Below, piece by piece: positions 29,607-42,640 of a stretch of 64,000 nt of DNA. The notes under the pieces were generated by a model. That model was not told where the DNA came from. It searched no databases and worked only from the letters and a program-made list of their open reading frames with translations. This DNA is from Myxococcota bacterium (GTDB taxonomy: Bacteria; Myxococcota_A; UBA796; SXON01). Position 1 is the stretch's first letter; the number at the start of each line of letters is the position of its first letter. Location: NCBI GenBank assembly GCA_040386535.1, contig JAZKFH010000017.1, positions 64,001 through 128,000 on the forward strand, given 5' to 3'. Both the position numbers and the translations under genes were made by a program.

Positions 29607-30268
29607 CACTCCCCCACGACCACGGTCCCGTCGGACCGGAAGGTGCCCTGGAGCACGGTGCGCGTGGCGAGGTTGAGCACGCCCACACGCTTGTCGACCC
29701 AGCCGTCCTGGAGGAGCTGGCCGTTCGCGGTGACGACGAGCCCGGTGTCCGAGCCCGCCACGAGCAGCACGTCGGCGCCGCGCGGGGCGTCGGGCCAGGG
29801 CGCGGCGCGAGAGGTCGTGAGGGGCTCGCCGGCGGCAAGGGGGACCCGTGCGCGGAAGGCGCCCGCGCCCTCGACGGGGATCTCGCCGCGGAGGCGATGG
29901 CCGGACACGCGCTCCATCGTGGTCTCCACGCGCTCACCGGCCTCGACGCTCCACGCGGCCACCGGCACGGTGCGCCACACCTGGATGACGGCGCGGGTGA
30001 GGTGCCGGGTCGGGGCGCCGCCGCCGGCCGCATCGCAGTACAGCACCACTTGAACGATGCCCTCGACCGAGCCGACCTGGGGCAGCTGCACGCTGCACGT
30101 GGCGTCGGGGGTGAGGCCCGCGAGCGCGCCGAGGCCCTGGACCTCGACATCCTCGGGGGCCACTTCGAGGTGGGCGGCGACGGTGTCGCGCACGGCGTCC
30201 TCGGCGATGCCGGCGGAGGCGCTGGGAACCACAGTGGCAACCAACGTGGCGAGAAGAAGTGACAACAT
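29606..30268 (-). CDS. flgA: P-ring assembly chaperone FlgA
   Basis: Signal peptide; SAF-like VPVA..AGE; GLVVTANGQLLQDG..VLN; synteny. Confidence 0.8.
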   Translation of the reverse strand: MLSLLLATLVATVVPSASAGIAEDAVRDTVAAHLEVAPEDVEVQGLGALAGLTPDATCSVQLPQVGSVEGIVQVVLYCDAAGGGAPTRHLTRAVIQVWRTVPVAAWSVEAGERVETTMERVSGHRLRGEIPVEGAGAFRARVPLAAGEPLTTSRAAPWPDAPRGADVLLVAGSDTGLVVTANGQLLQDGWVDKRVGVLNLATRTVLQGTFRSDGTVVVGE

Positions 30269-30270
30269 GG

Positions 30271-31038
30271 CTACCTCCGCAGCCCGGCGGCGGTCTGGAG
30301 CATCTCGTCGGCGGCCTGGATGACCTTGGACGAGAGCTCGTACCCGCGCTGGGCGGTGATCATGGCGATGAGCTCCTCGGCCACGTCGACGTTGGAGCCC
30401 TCCGTGGCGTATTGGAGCACCGAGCCGGCGCCGTCCTCCTGCGGGGTGGTGAGGGTCACGTCGCCCGCGTTGGTCGTGCCACGGAAAAGGTTGCCACCGG
30501 CGGCTTCGAGAGCCTCGGGGTTGGGAAACGTCGCGAGCTCGAGGGTGCCGAGCGAGATCGTCTCGACGCCCGAGGACGTCGGCACCTGCGCGCCGAGCGA
30601 GCCGTCCGCGCTCACGGTGAGGGTGCCGCCGGGCGGGATCTGCACACCGGGGGACACGCGGTAGCCGCCCTGGGTGGTGAGGTTGCCCTCGGCGTCGGTG
30701 CGGAAGTTGCCGTCGCGCGTGTAGAACGTCTCTCCCGACGGGCTCTCCACCACGAAGAAGCCGGGGCCGTCGATGAGCATCGCCGTGGGCGAGGAGCTCA
30801 TCAACGTGTCGCCGTTGCGGAAGTCGCGGGACAGGCCGGAGAGGCGCGTACCGCTGCCGAGCTGCATGGCGTCGCCGCCGGCACCGCGCCCGCCGACGGA
30901 CTGGTACACGAGATCCTCGAAGTTCTCGCGCACCTTCTTGAAGCCGGTCGTGCTGTTGTTCGCGATGTTGTTCGCGATGTTCTCGACCTTGATCTGGTTG
31001 GCCGACATCCCGGTGGCCGCCGTGTACAGTGCGCGCAT
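30271..31038 (-). CDS. flgG: Distal rod protein FlgG
   Basis: MRALYTAATGM, NIAN..TTGFK, YTRDGNF and EGSNVDVAEE..AQRGYE motifs. Confidence 0.96.
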   Translation of the reverse strand: MRALYTAATGMSANQIKVENIANNIANNSTTGFKKVRENFEDLVYQSVGGRGAGGDAMQLGSGTRLSGLSRDFRNGDTLMSSSPTAMLIDGPGFFVVESPSGETFYTRDGNFRTDAEGNLTTQGGYRVSPGVQIPPGGTLTVSADGSLGAQVPTSSGVETISLGTLELATFPNPEALEAAGGNLFRGTTNAGDVTLTTPQEDGAGSVLQYATEGSNVDVAEELIAMITAQRGYELSSKVIQAADEMLQTAAGLRR

Positions 31039-31040
31039 GG

Positions 31041-31700
31041 CTACTCCTGCATCCGATTGAGGCGGCCGCGCGCCTCGTCGCTGGTCTGCATGACCTTCTG
31101 TTGGGCCTCGAACGCACGCGAGGCCTCGATGAGCTCGACCATGCACCGCATGGGGTCGACGTTGGCGCCCTCGCGCGCGCCCTGCACCACGGTGATGTCG
31201 CCGGTCGCGCCGGAGGCGACGCCGGACCACCGGTTCCCCCCGAGCGGCGAGCCGCCGTCGAGCGTCACGAGCCGCAGCCGGCCGAGCTCGCCGGAGGCGG
31301 AGCCGCTCACGGTGCCGTCGGCCTCGACGATCAGCCGCTCGCCGGGCGCGAGGGTGACGGGGCCGCGGTCGGTCAGGACCGGGGTGCCACCCCCGGAGAC
31401 GAGGCGGTTGTCGGCGTCGAGGCGGAAGCCGCCGTCGCGGGTGAACGTGCCGTCGGCCAGCGCGAACATCGCGTTGCCGCGCAGCGCGAGGTGGGTCGAG
31501 ACGCCGTCCTGCATCAGGGCGCCGTCGCGCGTGTCGTACATGCCGGTGCCGGCGCGCACGACGTTCTCTTCGGACTCGAAGTTGACGCGCTGCTCGCGGT
31601 ACCCTTGCGTGTTCGCGTTCGCGACGTTCGCCGACACGACCTCGAGGTTGCGCCACGCCGCCTTCGCGCCCGCGTACGCCGCGTAGATGTCGCGGCTCAT
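31041..31700 (-). CDS. flgF: Rod protein FlgF
   Basis: NVANANTQGY, TRDGGF and QGAREGANVD..MVELI motifs. Confidence 0.88.
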   Translation of the reverse strand: MSRDIYAAYAGAKAAWRNLEVVSANVANANTQGYREQRVNFESEENVVRAGTGMYDTRDGALMQDGVSTHLALRGNAMFALADGTFTRDGGFRLDADNRLVSGGGTPVLTDRGPVTLAPGERLIVEADGTVSGSASGELGRLRLVTLDGGSPLGGNRWSGVASGATGDITVVQGAREGANVDPMRCMVELIEASRAFEAQQKVMQTSDEARGRLNRMQE

Positions 31701-32497
31701 GCCGCACCTTCGCGCAGATCGTCCAGATCGATCTCGCGCGCCAGCGTCTTCTTGAGGCGCTCGCGGGCGGCGGTGAGGAGCTGGCTCACGCGGGAGGGCG
31801 TGACCTCGAGGATGGCGCCGATCTCGGCGAGCGAGCAATCACGGGCGTAGTAGAGGAGGACGACCTGGCGGTCGCGCTCGGGGAGGCGCGTGATGGCCTC
31901 GCGGAGGGCGCGGCGCAGATCGAGGTCGAGCATCCGCGCGGGCGCTTCGGCGGGCTGGAGGAAGGCGTCGTCGCCCTCGCCATCGGAGTCGTCGTCGTCG
32001 CCTTCGTCGGAGGTGTCGAGCGACACCAGCACGAGCGGACCGGCGAACCCGCGGGCCTCCCAATAGGCGTCCAGATCCACGCCCATCGCCGCGGCGATCT
32101 CCCCGTGGGTGGGCTCACGGAGCGCGCCGACCTCGTCGAGGGCCGCCTTGGCCTTCTTCGTCGCGACGGCGAGCTCCCGCGCGACCCGACGATCGCGCCG
32201 GGTGGAGCCGCATGCGCCCCGCACCGCGTCGAGCATGCGCCCGAGGATGTGGCGGGAAGCGTAGGTCGCGAAGTCGGAGCCGCGGCTCTCGTCGAAGTTC
32301 TCGAACGCTTCGAGCAGCCCCATCACACCGTAGCCGACGAGGTCCTCGGGAGAGAAGGTGCACGCGGGGCCGATCTGCTCGCAGGTGCGCCGCGCGAGGT
32401 GCACCACCTTGCGCTCGTAGCGCACGCACATCTGCTCGGAAGTCATCCCCTCGACGCGGCGGGGTCCGGCGGCGTGCTGATAGGCACGGAGGTTCAC
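31697..32497 (-). CDS. fliA: FliA/WhiG-family sigma factor (sigma28)
   Basis: EDLVGYGVMGLLEA..FD..RG..FATYA and LYY..SLAEIG..L.VT.SRVSQL motifs. Confidence 0.9.
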   Translation of the reverse strand: MNLRAYQHAAGPRRVEGMTSEQMCVRYERKVVHLARRTCEQIGPACTFSPEDLVGYGVMGLLEAFENFDESRGSDFATYASRHILGRMLDAVRGACGSTRRDRRVARELAVATKKAKAALDEVGALREPTHGEIAAAMGVDLDAYWEARGFAGPLVLVSLDTSDEGDDDDSDGEGDDAFLQPAEAPARMLDLDLRRALREAITRLPERDRQVVLLYYARDCSLAEIGAILEVTPSRVSQLLTAARERLKKTLAREIDLDDLREGAA

Positions 32498-32558
32498 GAA
32501 GGGCTCCGGTCGAGGAGAGAGGAGATCGGCTTGAGTTGGGAGGCTGCTGACTGATCGG

Positions 32559-34652
32559 TCACGAGGCCGCGCTCTTCAGTGCTTTTTTCTCTCCCAACGA
32601 GAGCTCCGCTTCACGCGCCAACGACGTGCCGGGCACGATCTCGCCGGGCGAGAGCACGGGCACGCGCGGGATCGCTTTCTCCAGCAGGCGACGCAGCGGG
32701 CCGCGGGCGAGCGGAGGCACGAGCAGCACGAGCTCGCCGCTGCCGTTCCACTGCTCCGCGTGTGTTCGCATCCCGACGATGAGCTTGCGCGTGGTGTCGG
32801 GCTCGAGCACGAGCGTCATCACGCCGCCGTCGCCACCCTGGAGGCCGCGCAGGACGGCGTCCTCGGCGTCGGCGCCCAGGCCTACGTAGTGCAGGGCGCC
32901 GTCGTCACCCAGAAAGCGCGCGGTCACGGCGCGGGCCATGCGTTGGCGCACGAACTCGGTGAGCACGTCGGCGTCGCGGGTGCGCGGGGCGTACTCGGCG
33001 AGCGCTTCGAGGATCGCCTGCGCGTCGCGCACGCCGACCCCCTCCTGGATGAGGTTGCGGAACACGCGGAGCACGCTGGCGCGCGGGAGCGGGTCGGGCA
33101 CGAGCTCCTCGACCAGCCGCGGGTTGTCGGCGCCGACGCGCTCGAGCGCCTCGGCCAGCTGCTTGCGCCCGAAGATCTCGTGGGCGTGGCGCCGCAGCAG
33201 ATCGTCGAGGTGCGTCGTGAGCACCGTCGGCACGTCGACCACGGTGTAGCCCTGCGCCTGGGCGCGGAGGCGCTGGTTGTCGCCGATCCACCAGCCCTTG
33301 AGCCCGTACACCGGATCGGTGCCCGGCGTGCCCTGGAGCGGGGTGGTGGCCGTGCCCGGATCGAGCGCGAGCACCTGGCGCGCGACCACCTTGCCGGTGC
33401 CGATGGCGTCGCCACGCAGGAGCACGCGGTACTGCCCGGCGCCGAGGCGCACGTTGTCGCGCAGGTGCACGGCGGGGAGGAGCACGCCGAGGTCGGTCAC
33501 GATCTGGCGGCGGATGCGCTGGATGCGCTCCACCAGCACGCCGCCGCGCTTCTCGTCGACGAGGAAGACCAGATCGAGGCCGACCTCGACCACGAGCGGC
33601 TCGACGCGCAGCAGATCCTCGGGGCGGGACTCGACCGGGCCCGCGGGCACCTCGGTCCCGTCGGCCGCGCGCGCCTTCGGCACGGGCGACTTGTACATCG
33701 TGTAGGCGAGCGCCCCGAGGATGATCGAGATGATCGAGAACGGGATGCGCAGGCCGGGGATGAAGATGAACCCGCACGAGAGGCCGGCGAGCACCGCGAG
33801 CACGCGCGGGTTGCCCAGCATCTGGGCGCCGAACTGATCTTCGAGCGGCTTGTCCTCGAGGTCGGACACGCGGGTCACGAGCAGGCCGGCCGCCGCCGAC
33901 ACGATGAGCGCGGGCACCTGGCTGGCGAGGCCGTCGCCGATGGTCAGCAGCGTGTAGTTGGTCGCCGCCGTCGCGAGATCGAGGCCCTCCATCAACACGC
34001 CGATGATGATGCCGGCGAAGATGTTGATGACCATGATGATGATCGCGGCGACCGCGTCACCCTTGATGAACTTGCTGGCGCCGTCCATCGCGCCGTAGAA
34101 GTCGGCCTCCTGGGCCACGGCCGCGCGGCGGCGGCGGGCCTCCTTCTCGTCGATGAGCCCGGAGTTGAGCTCGCCGTCGATGGCCATCTGCTTGCCGGGC
34201 AACGCGTCGAGCGTGAACCGGGCGGCCACCTCGGCCACACGCCCGGCGCCCTTCGTGATGACCATGAAGTTGATGACGAGGAGGATGCAGAAGAGGATGA
34301 AGCCGACGACGTAGTTGCCGCCGACCACGAAGTTGCCGAACGCCTCGATGACGTGCCCGGCCGCGTCGGTGCCCTCGTCGCCATGGAGCAGGATGAGGCG
34401 CGTGCTCGCGACGTTGAGCGAGAGCCGGAAAATCGTCGTGATCAGGAGGATGATCGGGAACGCCGAGAACTCGACCGGGCGCCGCACGTAGAGGGACACC
34501 AGGAACACGAGCAGCGACACGGTGATCGACAGCGCCAGGAACACGTCGACCAGGATGGGCGGGAGCGGCACCATCAGGATGGCGATGATCCCGAACACGC
34601 CCACGGCCAGGCCCACGTCGCCGTTCTTGCGGATGCCGTTCAGGAGCCACAT
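32559..34652 (-). CDS. flhA: Flagellar export gate protein FlhA
   Basis: RLSLNVASTRLIL, RVAEVAARFTLDALPGKQMAID and FYGAMDGASKF motifs. Confidence 0.98.
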   Translation of the reverse strand: MWLLNGIRKNGDVGLAVGVFGIIAILMVPLPPILVDVFLALSITVSLLVFLVSLYVRRPVEFSAFPIILLITTIFRLSLNVASTRLILLHGDEGTDAAGHVIEAFGNFVVGGNYVVGFILFCILLVINFMVITKGAGRVAEVAARFTLDALPGKQMAIDGELNSGLIDEKEARRRRAAVAQEADFYGAMDGASKFIKGDAVAAIIIMVINIFAGIIIGVLMEGLDLATAATNYTLLTIGDGLASQVPALIVSAAAGLLVTRVSDLEDKPLEDQFGAQMLGNPRVLAVLAGLSCGFIFIPGLRIPFSIISIILGALAYTMYKSPVPKARAADGTEVPAGPVESRPEDLLRVEPLVVEVGLDLVFLVDEKRGGVLVERIQRIRRQIVTDLGVLLPAVHLRDNVRLGAGQYRVLLRGDAIGTGKVVARQVLALDPGTATTPLQGTPGTDPVYGLKGWWIGDNQRLRAQAQGYTVVDVPTVLTTHLDDLLRRHAHEIFGRKQLAEALERVGADNPRLVEELVPDPLPRASVLRVFRNLIQEGVGVRDAQAILEALAEYAPRTRDADVLTEFVRQRMARAVTARFLGDDGALHYVGLGADAEDAVLRGLQGGDGGVMTLVLEPDTTRKLIVGMRTHAEQWNGSGELVLLVPPLARGPLRRLLEKAIPRVPVLSPGEIVPGTSLAREAELSLGEKKALKSAAS

Positions 34653-34660
34653 GCGCGAGC

Positions 34661-34687
34661 TGTTCGGTCGCCGTCGCTGAAACTTGA
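34661..34687 (-). promoter_or_regulatory. Sigma28-like promoter upstream of flhA
   Basis: TCAA(G)-N15-ACCGAACA, ending 8 nt before the ATG. Confidence 0.6.
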
Positions 34688-34749
34688 GGCGGATTGCGAC
34701 CGATGTCGATTCGCGCCCAAATCAGTGAAGCCCCGGGCGGCCCCGACCG

Positions 34750-35727
34750 ATGAGGAGAGACCTCTCTCTCCGGGTAGCCCCCTTGCGCATCCTCCTCGCC
34801 GAAGACGACACCACCACCCGGCTCAAGATCCGCTCCCTGCTGGTGAAGTGGGGCTACGACGTCATCTCCGCCACCAACGGAACGGAGGCGTGGTCCGTAT
34901 TGGAGGGGGACAATCCCCCCACGCTCGCCCTGCTCGATTGGAAGATGCCCGGCCTGGACGGCGTCGAGATCTGCCAACGCCTGCGGAGCCCGACCCGGCA
35001 TGGCCCGTACGTGTACGTGCTGCTCCTGACCGGGAACGACAACAAGCGGGACGTGGTGACCGGGCTCGACGCCGGCGCGGACGACTACCTCACCAAGCCG
35101 TTCGAGCCGCAGGAGCTGCAGATGCGCTTGCGGACGGGCGGACGGATCGTCGCGCGGGAGGAGACGCTGCGGCAGCTCGCCACGCGCGATCCGTTGACCC
35201 AGGCGCTCAACCGCCGCGGCATCTTCGACCTGCTCGACCGCGAGCGCCTCCGCGCGGAGCGCACCAACGCCGAGGTCACCGTCATGCTGGCCGACATCGA
35301 CTACTTCAAGCGCGTCAACGACGTGTTCGGGCACGCCGTGGGCGACGCGGTCCTGGTCGAAGTCGCCCACCGCCTCACCGACGCGGTGCGCCCCTACGAC
35401 GGCGTGGGCCGCTATGGCGGCGAGGAGTTCCTGCTCGTCCTCACCGGCCCGCCCTCGGCGTTCTCCCCGGCGCTGCTCGCGGAGCGGGTCCGCGCCGCGG
35501 TCTCGCGGACGCCCATCACCGTCGGCCCCCACGCGATCACCGTGACCGTGAGCATCGGCGTGGCGCGCGGGGAGCCCGGCCAGTCGGCCGATACGCTCGT
35601 GAACGCGGCGGACACCGCGCTGTACGAGGCCAAGACGGGCGGCCGGAACCTCGTACGGCTGGCGCCGCCCACGCCGCTCACGCTGCTCCCGAGCCCCCTC
35701 CCCGCCGCCGTGGCGGTGGCCTCGTGA
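34750..35727 (+). CDS. Response regulator diguanylate cyclase (REC-GGDEF)
   Basis: LAEDD, LLDWKMP and DYLTKP (REC); DIDYFK.VND..GH, RPYD I-site and RYGGEEF (GGDEF). Confidence 0.95.
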   Translation: MRRDLSLRVAPLRILLAEDDTTTRLKIRSLLVKWGYDVISATNGTEAWSVLEGDNPPTLALLDWKMPGLDGVEICQRLRSPTRHGPYVYVLLLTGNDNKRDVVTGLDAGADDYLTKPFEPQELQMRLRTGGRIVAREETLRQLATRDPLTQALNRRGIFDLLDRERLRAERTNAEVTVMLADIDYFKRVNDVFGHAVGDAVLVEVAHRLTDAVRPYDGVGRYGGEEFLLVLTGPPSAFSPALLAERVRAAVSRTPITVGPHAITVTVSIGVARGEPGQSADTLVNAADTALYEAKTGGRNLVRLAPPTPLTLLPSPLPAAVAVAS

Positions 35728-36133
35728 CCGCCGGCCCGCAGCAGGAGGTTGCCTACGCCGTGGTCGAGGCGCGCACCGACACACAGCGGATGTGGGTGGA
35801 CCAGTACGGGGTGCTGCATGCGTCGCCCGATCCCGGCGTGCACATCTCCGCGGCCGATGCCAGGGCCGCGGTCGACCTGGGCTGGGAGCTCAAGGAGCAC
35901 CACATCTGCTCCGTGATCGTCGATCTGCGACACATCCGCTCGATGGATCGCGACGCCCGCGCGTACTACGCCGGCCCGGAGGTGACCGCGCGCACCTTCG
36001 GCGCGGCCCTGCTCGTCGGCAACCCGCTCACCCGCGCGGTGGGAAACCTCTTCCTCGGCTTGAACAAGGCCGCGCATCCCCTGCGCCTCTTCCCCGACGA
36101 CTTCAGCGCCGTGGCCTGGTGTCGGACCCTGGG

Positions 36134-36137
<4 letters not shown>
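35724..36137 (+). CDS. Small STAS/SpoIIAA-like protein
   Basis: GTGA and ATGA overlaps on both sides; VIVDLR..MDRDAR.YY, AALLV and RLF..A..W motifs. Confidence 0.65.
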
Positions 36138-38695
<2,558 letters not shown>

Positions 38696-38725
38696 AGGTG
38701 GGGCCCCTCGGGGCCCGCGCCCGGG

Positions 38726-40135
38726 CTAGAACTGGAAGTACAGGAAGTCCACCGCGTCCATCCGCACGAACAGGTAGAAGCAGATGGCGAACCCCGCCCA
38801 GACCGTGGTCTGCGTCGGGAGGTACCACGCGCTCGTCTCGAGCCGGGGGATGACGAAACGCTCCAGGAGCAGCGCGATCACCAGCGGGGCCGCCGTGGCG
38901 GCGGTCACCGCGAGCATGACCACGGTGGCGACCCACTCGTCGGGCGTGGCCGCGAACGGGTTGAGCTGGAGGAGGCGGAAGATCCGGTCGACGCTGGTCT
39001 CGCGGAACAGCAGCCACCCGAACACGGTGAAGCCGAACATCAGCACCACCGCGCCCACGTGCCCGCCCGCCGACTTGCGCACCGCAGTGGGGATCCGCGG
39101 CGTGACGAGGCGGTAGCCCACGAGCAGGAGCGCGTGGTAGGCGCCCCAGAGCACGAAGTTCCAGCTGGCGCCGTGCCAGAGGCCGGAGATGAGCATCGCC
39201 GCGCTCGTGGCCATCGTGGCGCGCCAGAAGCCGCCGCGGGAGCCGCCGAACGAGATGTACAGGTAGTCGCGGATCCAGGTCGAGAAGGAGATGTGCCAGC
39301 GCTTCCAGAAGTCGGACGGGCTGGTGGCCAGGTACGGGTGCCGGAAGTTCTCCATCAGCTCCCAACCGAGCATCCGCGCGGTGCCGCGGGCGATGTCGGT
39401 GTATCCCGAGAAGTCCGCCAGGATCTGGATCGTGAAGCCGAGCGTGGCCGCCCACACCATCGGCCCCGAGGGGGACTCCAGCGCGAAGATCTTGTCGACG
39501 TACGGCGCCACGGTGTCGGCGCACACCATCTTCTTGAACGCGCCCCACATCGCGAGCGCCAAACCCGAGCGCACCATGTTCCAATCGAGCGTGCGCGGGG
39601 TCTCCGCCTGCATGAGCAGGTTGGACGCCCGCTGTACCGGCCCCGCCACGAGGTGGCAGAAGAACGACACGGCGAGCATGTACTCGAGCAGGTTCTTCCG
39701 CGGCTTGAGCTCGCCCCGGTAGATGTCGATGGAGTAGGCCATCGATTGGAAGGTGTAGAAGGAGATGCCGGCGGGGAGCAGCACGCCGAGCGGCCCGACG
39801 GAGTTGGCGACGCCGAACGTGTCGAGGAGCGCGGCCACGTTGACGAGGAAGAAGTCGCAATACTTGTAGTAGCCGAGCAGCGCGAGGTTGGCGGTGAGGC
39901 TCGCGGCGAGCACCGCGCCCTTGTGTTTCGGGTACCTCTCGATGCCGAGCCCGCCGAAGTAGTCGACCGCCGCGGACACGTAGAGCAGGATGAGGAACCA
40001 CGGGTGCACCCACCCGTAGAACAGGGCGCTCGCGACGATGAGCAGCCCGTTCTGGAGCCGCCGGTCGCGGAGCGCCCAGTACGCGGTGAACACGATGACG
40101 AAGAAGTAGACGAATTCGATCTGGATGAAGGTCAT
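38726..40135 (-). CDS. MBOAT O-acyltransferase (AlgI/PatA/DltB family)
   Basis: GISFYTFQ, DFSGYTDIA, FWKRWHISFS and SGLWHGA motifs. Confidence 0.95.
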   Translation of the reverse strand: MTFIQIEFVYFFVIVFTAYWALRDRRLQNGLLIVASALFYGWVHPWFLILLYVSAAVDYFGGLGIERYPKHKGAVLAASLTANLALLGYYKYCDFFLVNVAALLDTFGVANSVGPLGVLLPAGISFYTFQSMAYSIDIYRGELKPRKNLLEYMLAVSFFCHLVAGPVQRASNLLMQAETPRTLDWNMVRSGLALAMWGAFKKMVCADTVAPYVDKIFALESPSGPMVWAATLGFTIQILADFSGYTDIARGTARMLGWELMENFRHPYLATSPSDFWKRWHISFSTWIRDYLYISFGGSRGGFWRATMATSAAMLISGLWHGASWNFVLWGAYHALLLVGYRLVTPRIPTAVRKSAGGHVGAVVLMFGFTVFGWLLFRETSVDRIFRLLQLNPFAATPDEWVATVVMLAVTAATAAPLVIALLLERFVIPRLETSAWYLPTQTTVWAGFAICFYLFVRMDAVDFLYFQF

Positions 40136-42543
40136 TCGTCACAACCCGGGAGGTGCTCGGACTCGCCGATGTGCGCGTTCCAGATGATGAACCACGCGTC
40201 ACGATCGGGGTTGCTCAAGGTGAGCTCCATCCGCGCGCCGGGCGGGAACGGTTCGTCGAAATACACACACTTGCGGCTGAACCCGCCGGTGGCCGGCAGC
40301 TCGACCTCGGCCTCGACCACCTGCTCCCGGTTTGGATCGGTCACCCGCACCTTCGCCACGATCGGCACGGCGGCGCGCTCGTCGTGCTCGGCGAGCAGGG
40401 AGATCCCCTCGAGGACGAGCAGGTCGGCGCCGAGGCGCAGCCGGTCGGAGGAGTTGCGCGCGGCCCAGGAGAGCTCGTCGCCCGGGTAGAGCCACGTCGC
40501 GCGGCCACACGCGCGCAGCGGGTCGAGTCGGACCCGGTACGGCCCCGCGGGCATGGTCTCGCCGGGTGGGGAGATCCGGAGGGTGTCCCCGAATTGGCCG
40601 AAGCCGCGCCGAACCTTCCCGCGGAGCATGCCCTCGAGCAGGTGGGCCTCCGTGAGCCAGGCGTCGGGCGCGCTCTCGGGGGCGACCTGGAGCGGCGAGC
40701 AGGGGTAGTCGATGCGGGTGCGGAGGGCATCGTCCGCGATCTGGCCGAGGCCGGGCACCGCGAGCGTGACGATGTCGCCGTCGGTGCCGGCCGCCCCGGT
40801 CGCGACGGCCGGCGGATCGACCGCCGCGACCACCGGGCTCACGAGGGGGGCGAGGGTCACCGCCGGCGCGCCCACCATGCGTCGCGAGCCGAGCGCGAGC
40901 TCGTCGATGACCAGCCACGTGTCGGCCCCGGCCGAGACGCCGATGGACCACGGCGCCGCGAGCGCGGGCACCTCGATCTCCGCCCGGTACAGGCGCCCTT
41001 CCGCTTCGAGGGGCACCTCTTTGTCGCCCACCCGCAGCGTCGCCGTGCTCCCCTTCACCAGTCGCGCGCTGACCGACACGCGGATCGCCCCGTCGACCAC
41101 CGGGGCGTCGTACCGCCACTCGGTCGTGGTGCCCGGGTACACCCACCAGACCACGTTCCCGCGCGCATCCTTCAGGCTCGGCTCGGTGGCGTACGCCATC
41201 GTCAGGCCGTCCGCGACCGGCGTCTCCGAGGGGGCGAAGATCGCGCCGAACTTGCGATGTTGCCAGCCGCCGACGCAGGTCTCGCCGAGGTCCCGCTCGG
41301 CGCTCCGCGGCACCGGCGCGCCCGCGGCGTCGACCAGCACGAGCGGGCTCGAACGCCCGAAGCCGCCGGTCTGGAGCAGATCGTCGGAGAGGAAGGCGAA
41401 GTCGGGCATCGGCGCCTGGAACCCACACGCCCGCTTGGGAGCCGGAAGGAACGTCGGGGCCGGCACCGGCGGCGGCGTGCCGACGCGCACCACGGACGAG
41501 GCGAGCAGCACCGGGCGCGCCGGCGCCACCCCTCCCTCCAGGATCTTGGCCTCCTTCATCGCGGCGGCGAGCGCGGCGGTCACGGCGGCCTTGCCGCTGC
41601 CCGAGAGGTGGATGTGGTCGCGCCAGGCGTCGAGGGGCAGGTCGATCCCTTGCAGATCGATGTAGCTGACGCCGCGCTGGTTCATCAGGTCGAGCGCCGC
41701 ACCCTCTACCGCGGGGGCGAGCGAGTCCGTGTACCGGGTGCTCGCCGGCAGCGGGGCGCGCACGAACACCACGCGGGCGCCGTTCGCCTCGGCGACCGTG
41801 ATGAGGTCGGGCAGGAGCGACTCCTCCGCGGTCACGTCGCTCGCGGTCATCGCGTGGCTGAAGGCGCGCTCGGCGACCGGCACGACCCGCGCCCCGCCCC
41901 CCTCGCGGAAGCGCGCGGTGCTCCCGAACATCGTCTCCAGCGCCGGATCGGCCACCCGCTTGCCCGCCGCGCGGACCCCATCGTCCGCCGGGGGCGCGAG
42001 CAGCGTGCCGACGGCGAATTCACGAATGCCGGCGAGCAGCGCGTCGTGCGCCGCCGTCGCGTTGCGCCGCATCAGCCCGAGCGGGCCCGTGCTGTTGCGG
42101 AGCACCTTCCGGCTGATCACCTCGCTCGGCGCGTCCATCTGCCCTTCCAGCCGCTTGCCCTCGCCCGCGGAGTCGGCCTCCACGCGGAGCATCGCCGCGA
42201 GCTGGCCGTACACGATCACGATCTCGGGGCGGTGGCCGTTGGCGAACACGCGCTGCTCGAGGATGGCGTACCAGGCAGGCGCGCTGGAGCCGGCCACGAG
42301 CACGGTGAGGATCGGGCGTTGGTAGCCGAGCGACTTCTTGAGAACCTGGGCGTCCACGTCCGACCGCGACTTCGAGTTGCCGACGATGAGGATGCCGGGC
42401 TGGGCGCGCTCGAGGGCCTCGTCATTGAGCGCGCCCTCGGGCGAGAGCTCGCGGATGGGCTCGGTGGTGAGCCAGGCGCCGGCGGCGAGCAAGACCAGGG
42501 CGGGGAACAGCACAGCCGCGAGCGTCGGGAGCGAGAGGCGCAT
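40132..42543 (-). CDS. Membrane-anchored SGNH-like protein with a long C-terminal extension (MBOAT partner)
   Basis: N-terminal TM; IVGNS block I and WRDHIHLS DxxH; ATGA overlap with the MBOAT gene. Confidence 0.7.
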   Translation of the reverse strand: MRLSLPTLAAVLFPALVLLAAGAWLTTEPIRELSPEGALNDEALERAQPGILIVGNSKSRSDVDAQVLKKSLGYQRPILTVLVAGSSAPAWYAILEQRVFANGHRPEIVIVYGQLAAMLRVEADSAGEGKRLEGQMDAPSEVISRKVLRNSTGPLGLMRRNATAAHDALLAGIREFAVGTLLAPPADDGVRAAGKRVADPALETMFGSTARFREGGGARVVPVAERAFSHAMTASDVTAEESLLPDLITVAEANGARVVFVRAPLPASTRYTDSLAPAVEGAALDLMNQRGVSYIDLQGIDLPLDAWRDHIHLSGSGKAAVTAALAAAMKEAKILEGGVAPARPVLLASSVVRVGTPPPVPAPTFLPAPKRACGFQAPMPDFAFLSDDLLQTGGFGRSSPLVLVDAAGAPVPRSAERDLGETCVGGWQHRKFGAIFAPSETPVADGLTMAYATEPSLKDARGNVVWWVYPGTTTEWRYDAPVVDGAIRVSVSARLVKGSTATLRVGDKEVPLEAEGRLYRAEIEVPALAAPWSIGVSAGADTWLVIDELALGSRRMVGAPAVTLAPLVSPVVAAVDPPAVATGAAGTDGDIVTLAVPGLGQIADDALRTRIDYPCSPLQVAPESAPDAWLTEAHLLEGMLRGKVRRGFGQFGDTLRISPPGETMPAGPYRVRLDPLRACGRATWLYPGDELSWAARNSSDRLRLGADLLVLEGISLLAEHDERAAVPIVAKVRVTDPNREQVVEAEVELPATGGFSRKCVYFDEPFPPGARMELTLSNPDRDAWFIIWNAHIGESEHLPGCDE

Positions 42544-42640
42544 CCGCCTATGCTACCGCGTGCCACGCGAGGCGCCACGTTTCGGCCGCCCGCCGTGCGC
42601 GTGGGAGGCTGGTGTGTCACGTCCGGCTCGGGGTTGGGTG

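Noticed and set aside
32498..32558. Separate sigma28 promoter for fliA
   Set aside because: GCCGATCT -10 is present, but no -35 at the 15-nt spacing; TCAA abuts it directly
32559..34652. Injectisome SctV rather than FlhA
   Set aside because: Its context is entirely flagellar (fliA, rod, rings, stator, flagellins)
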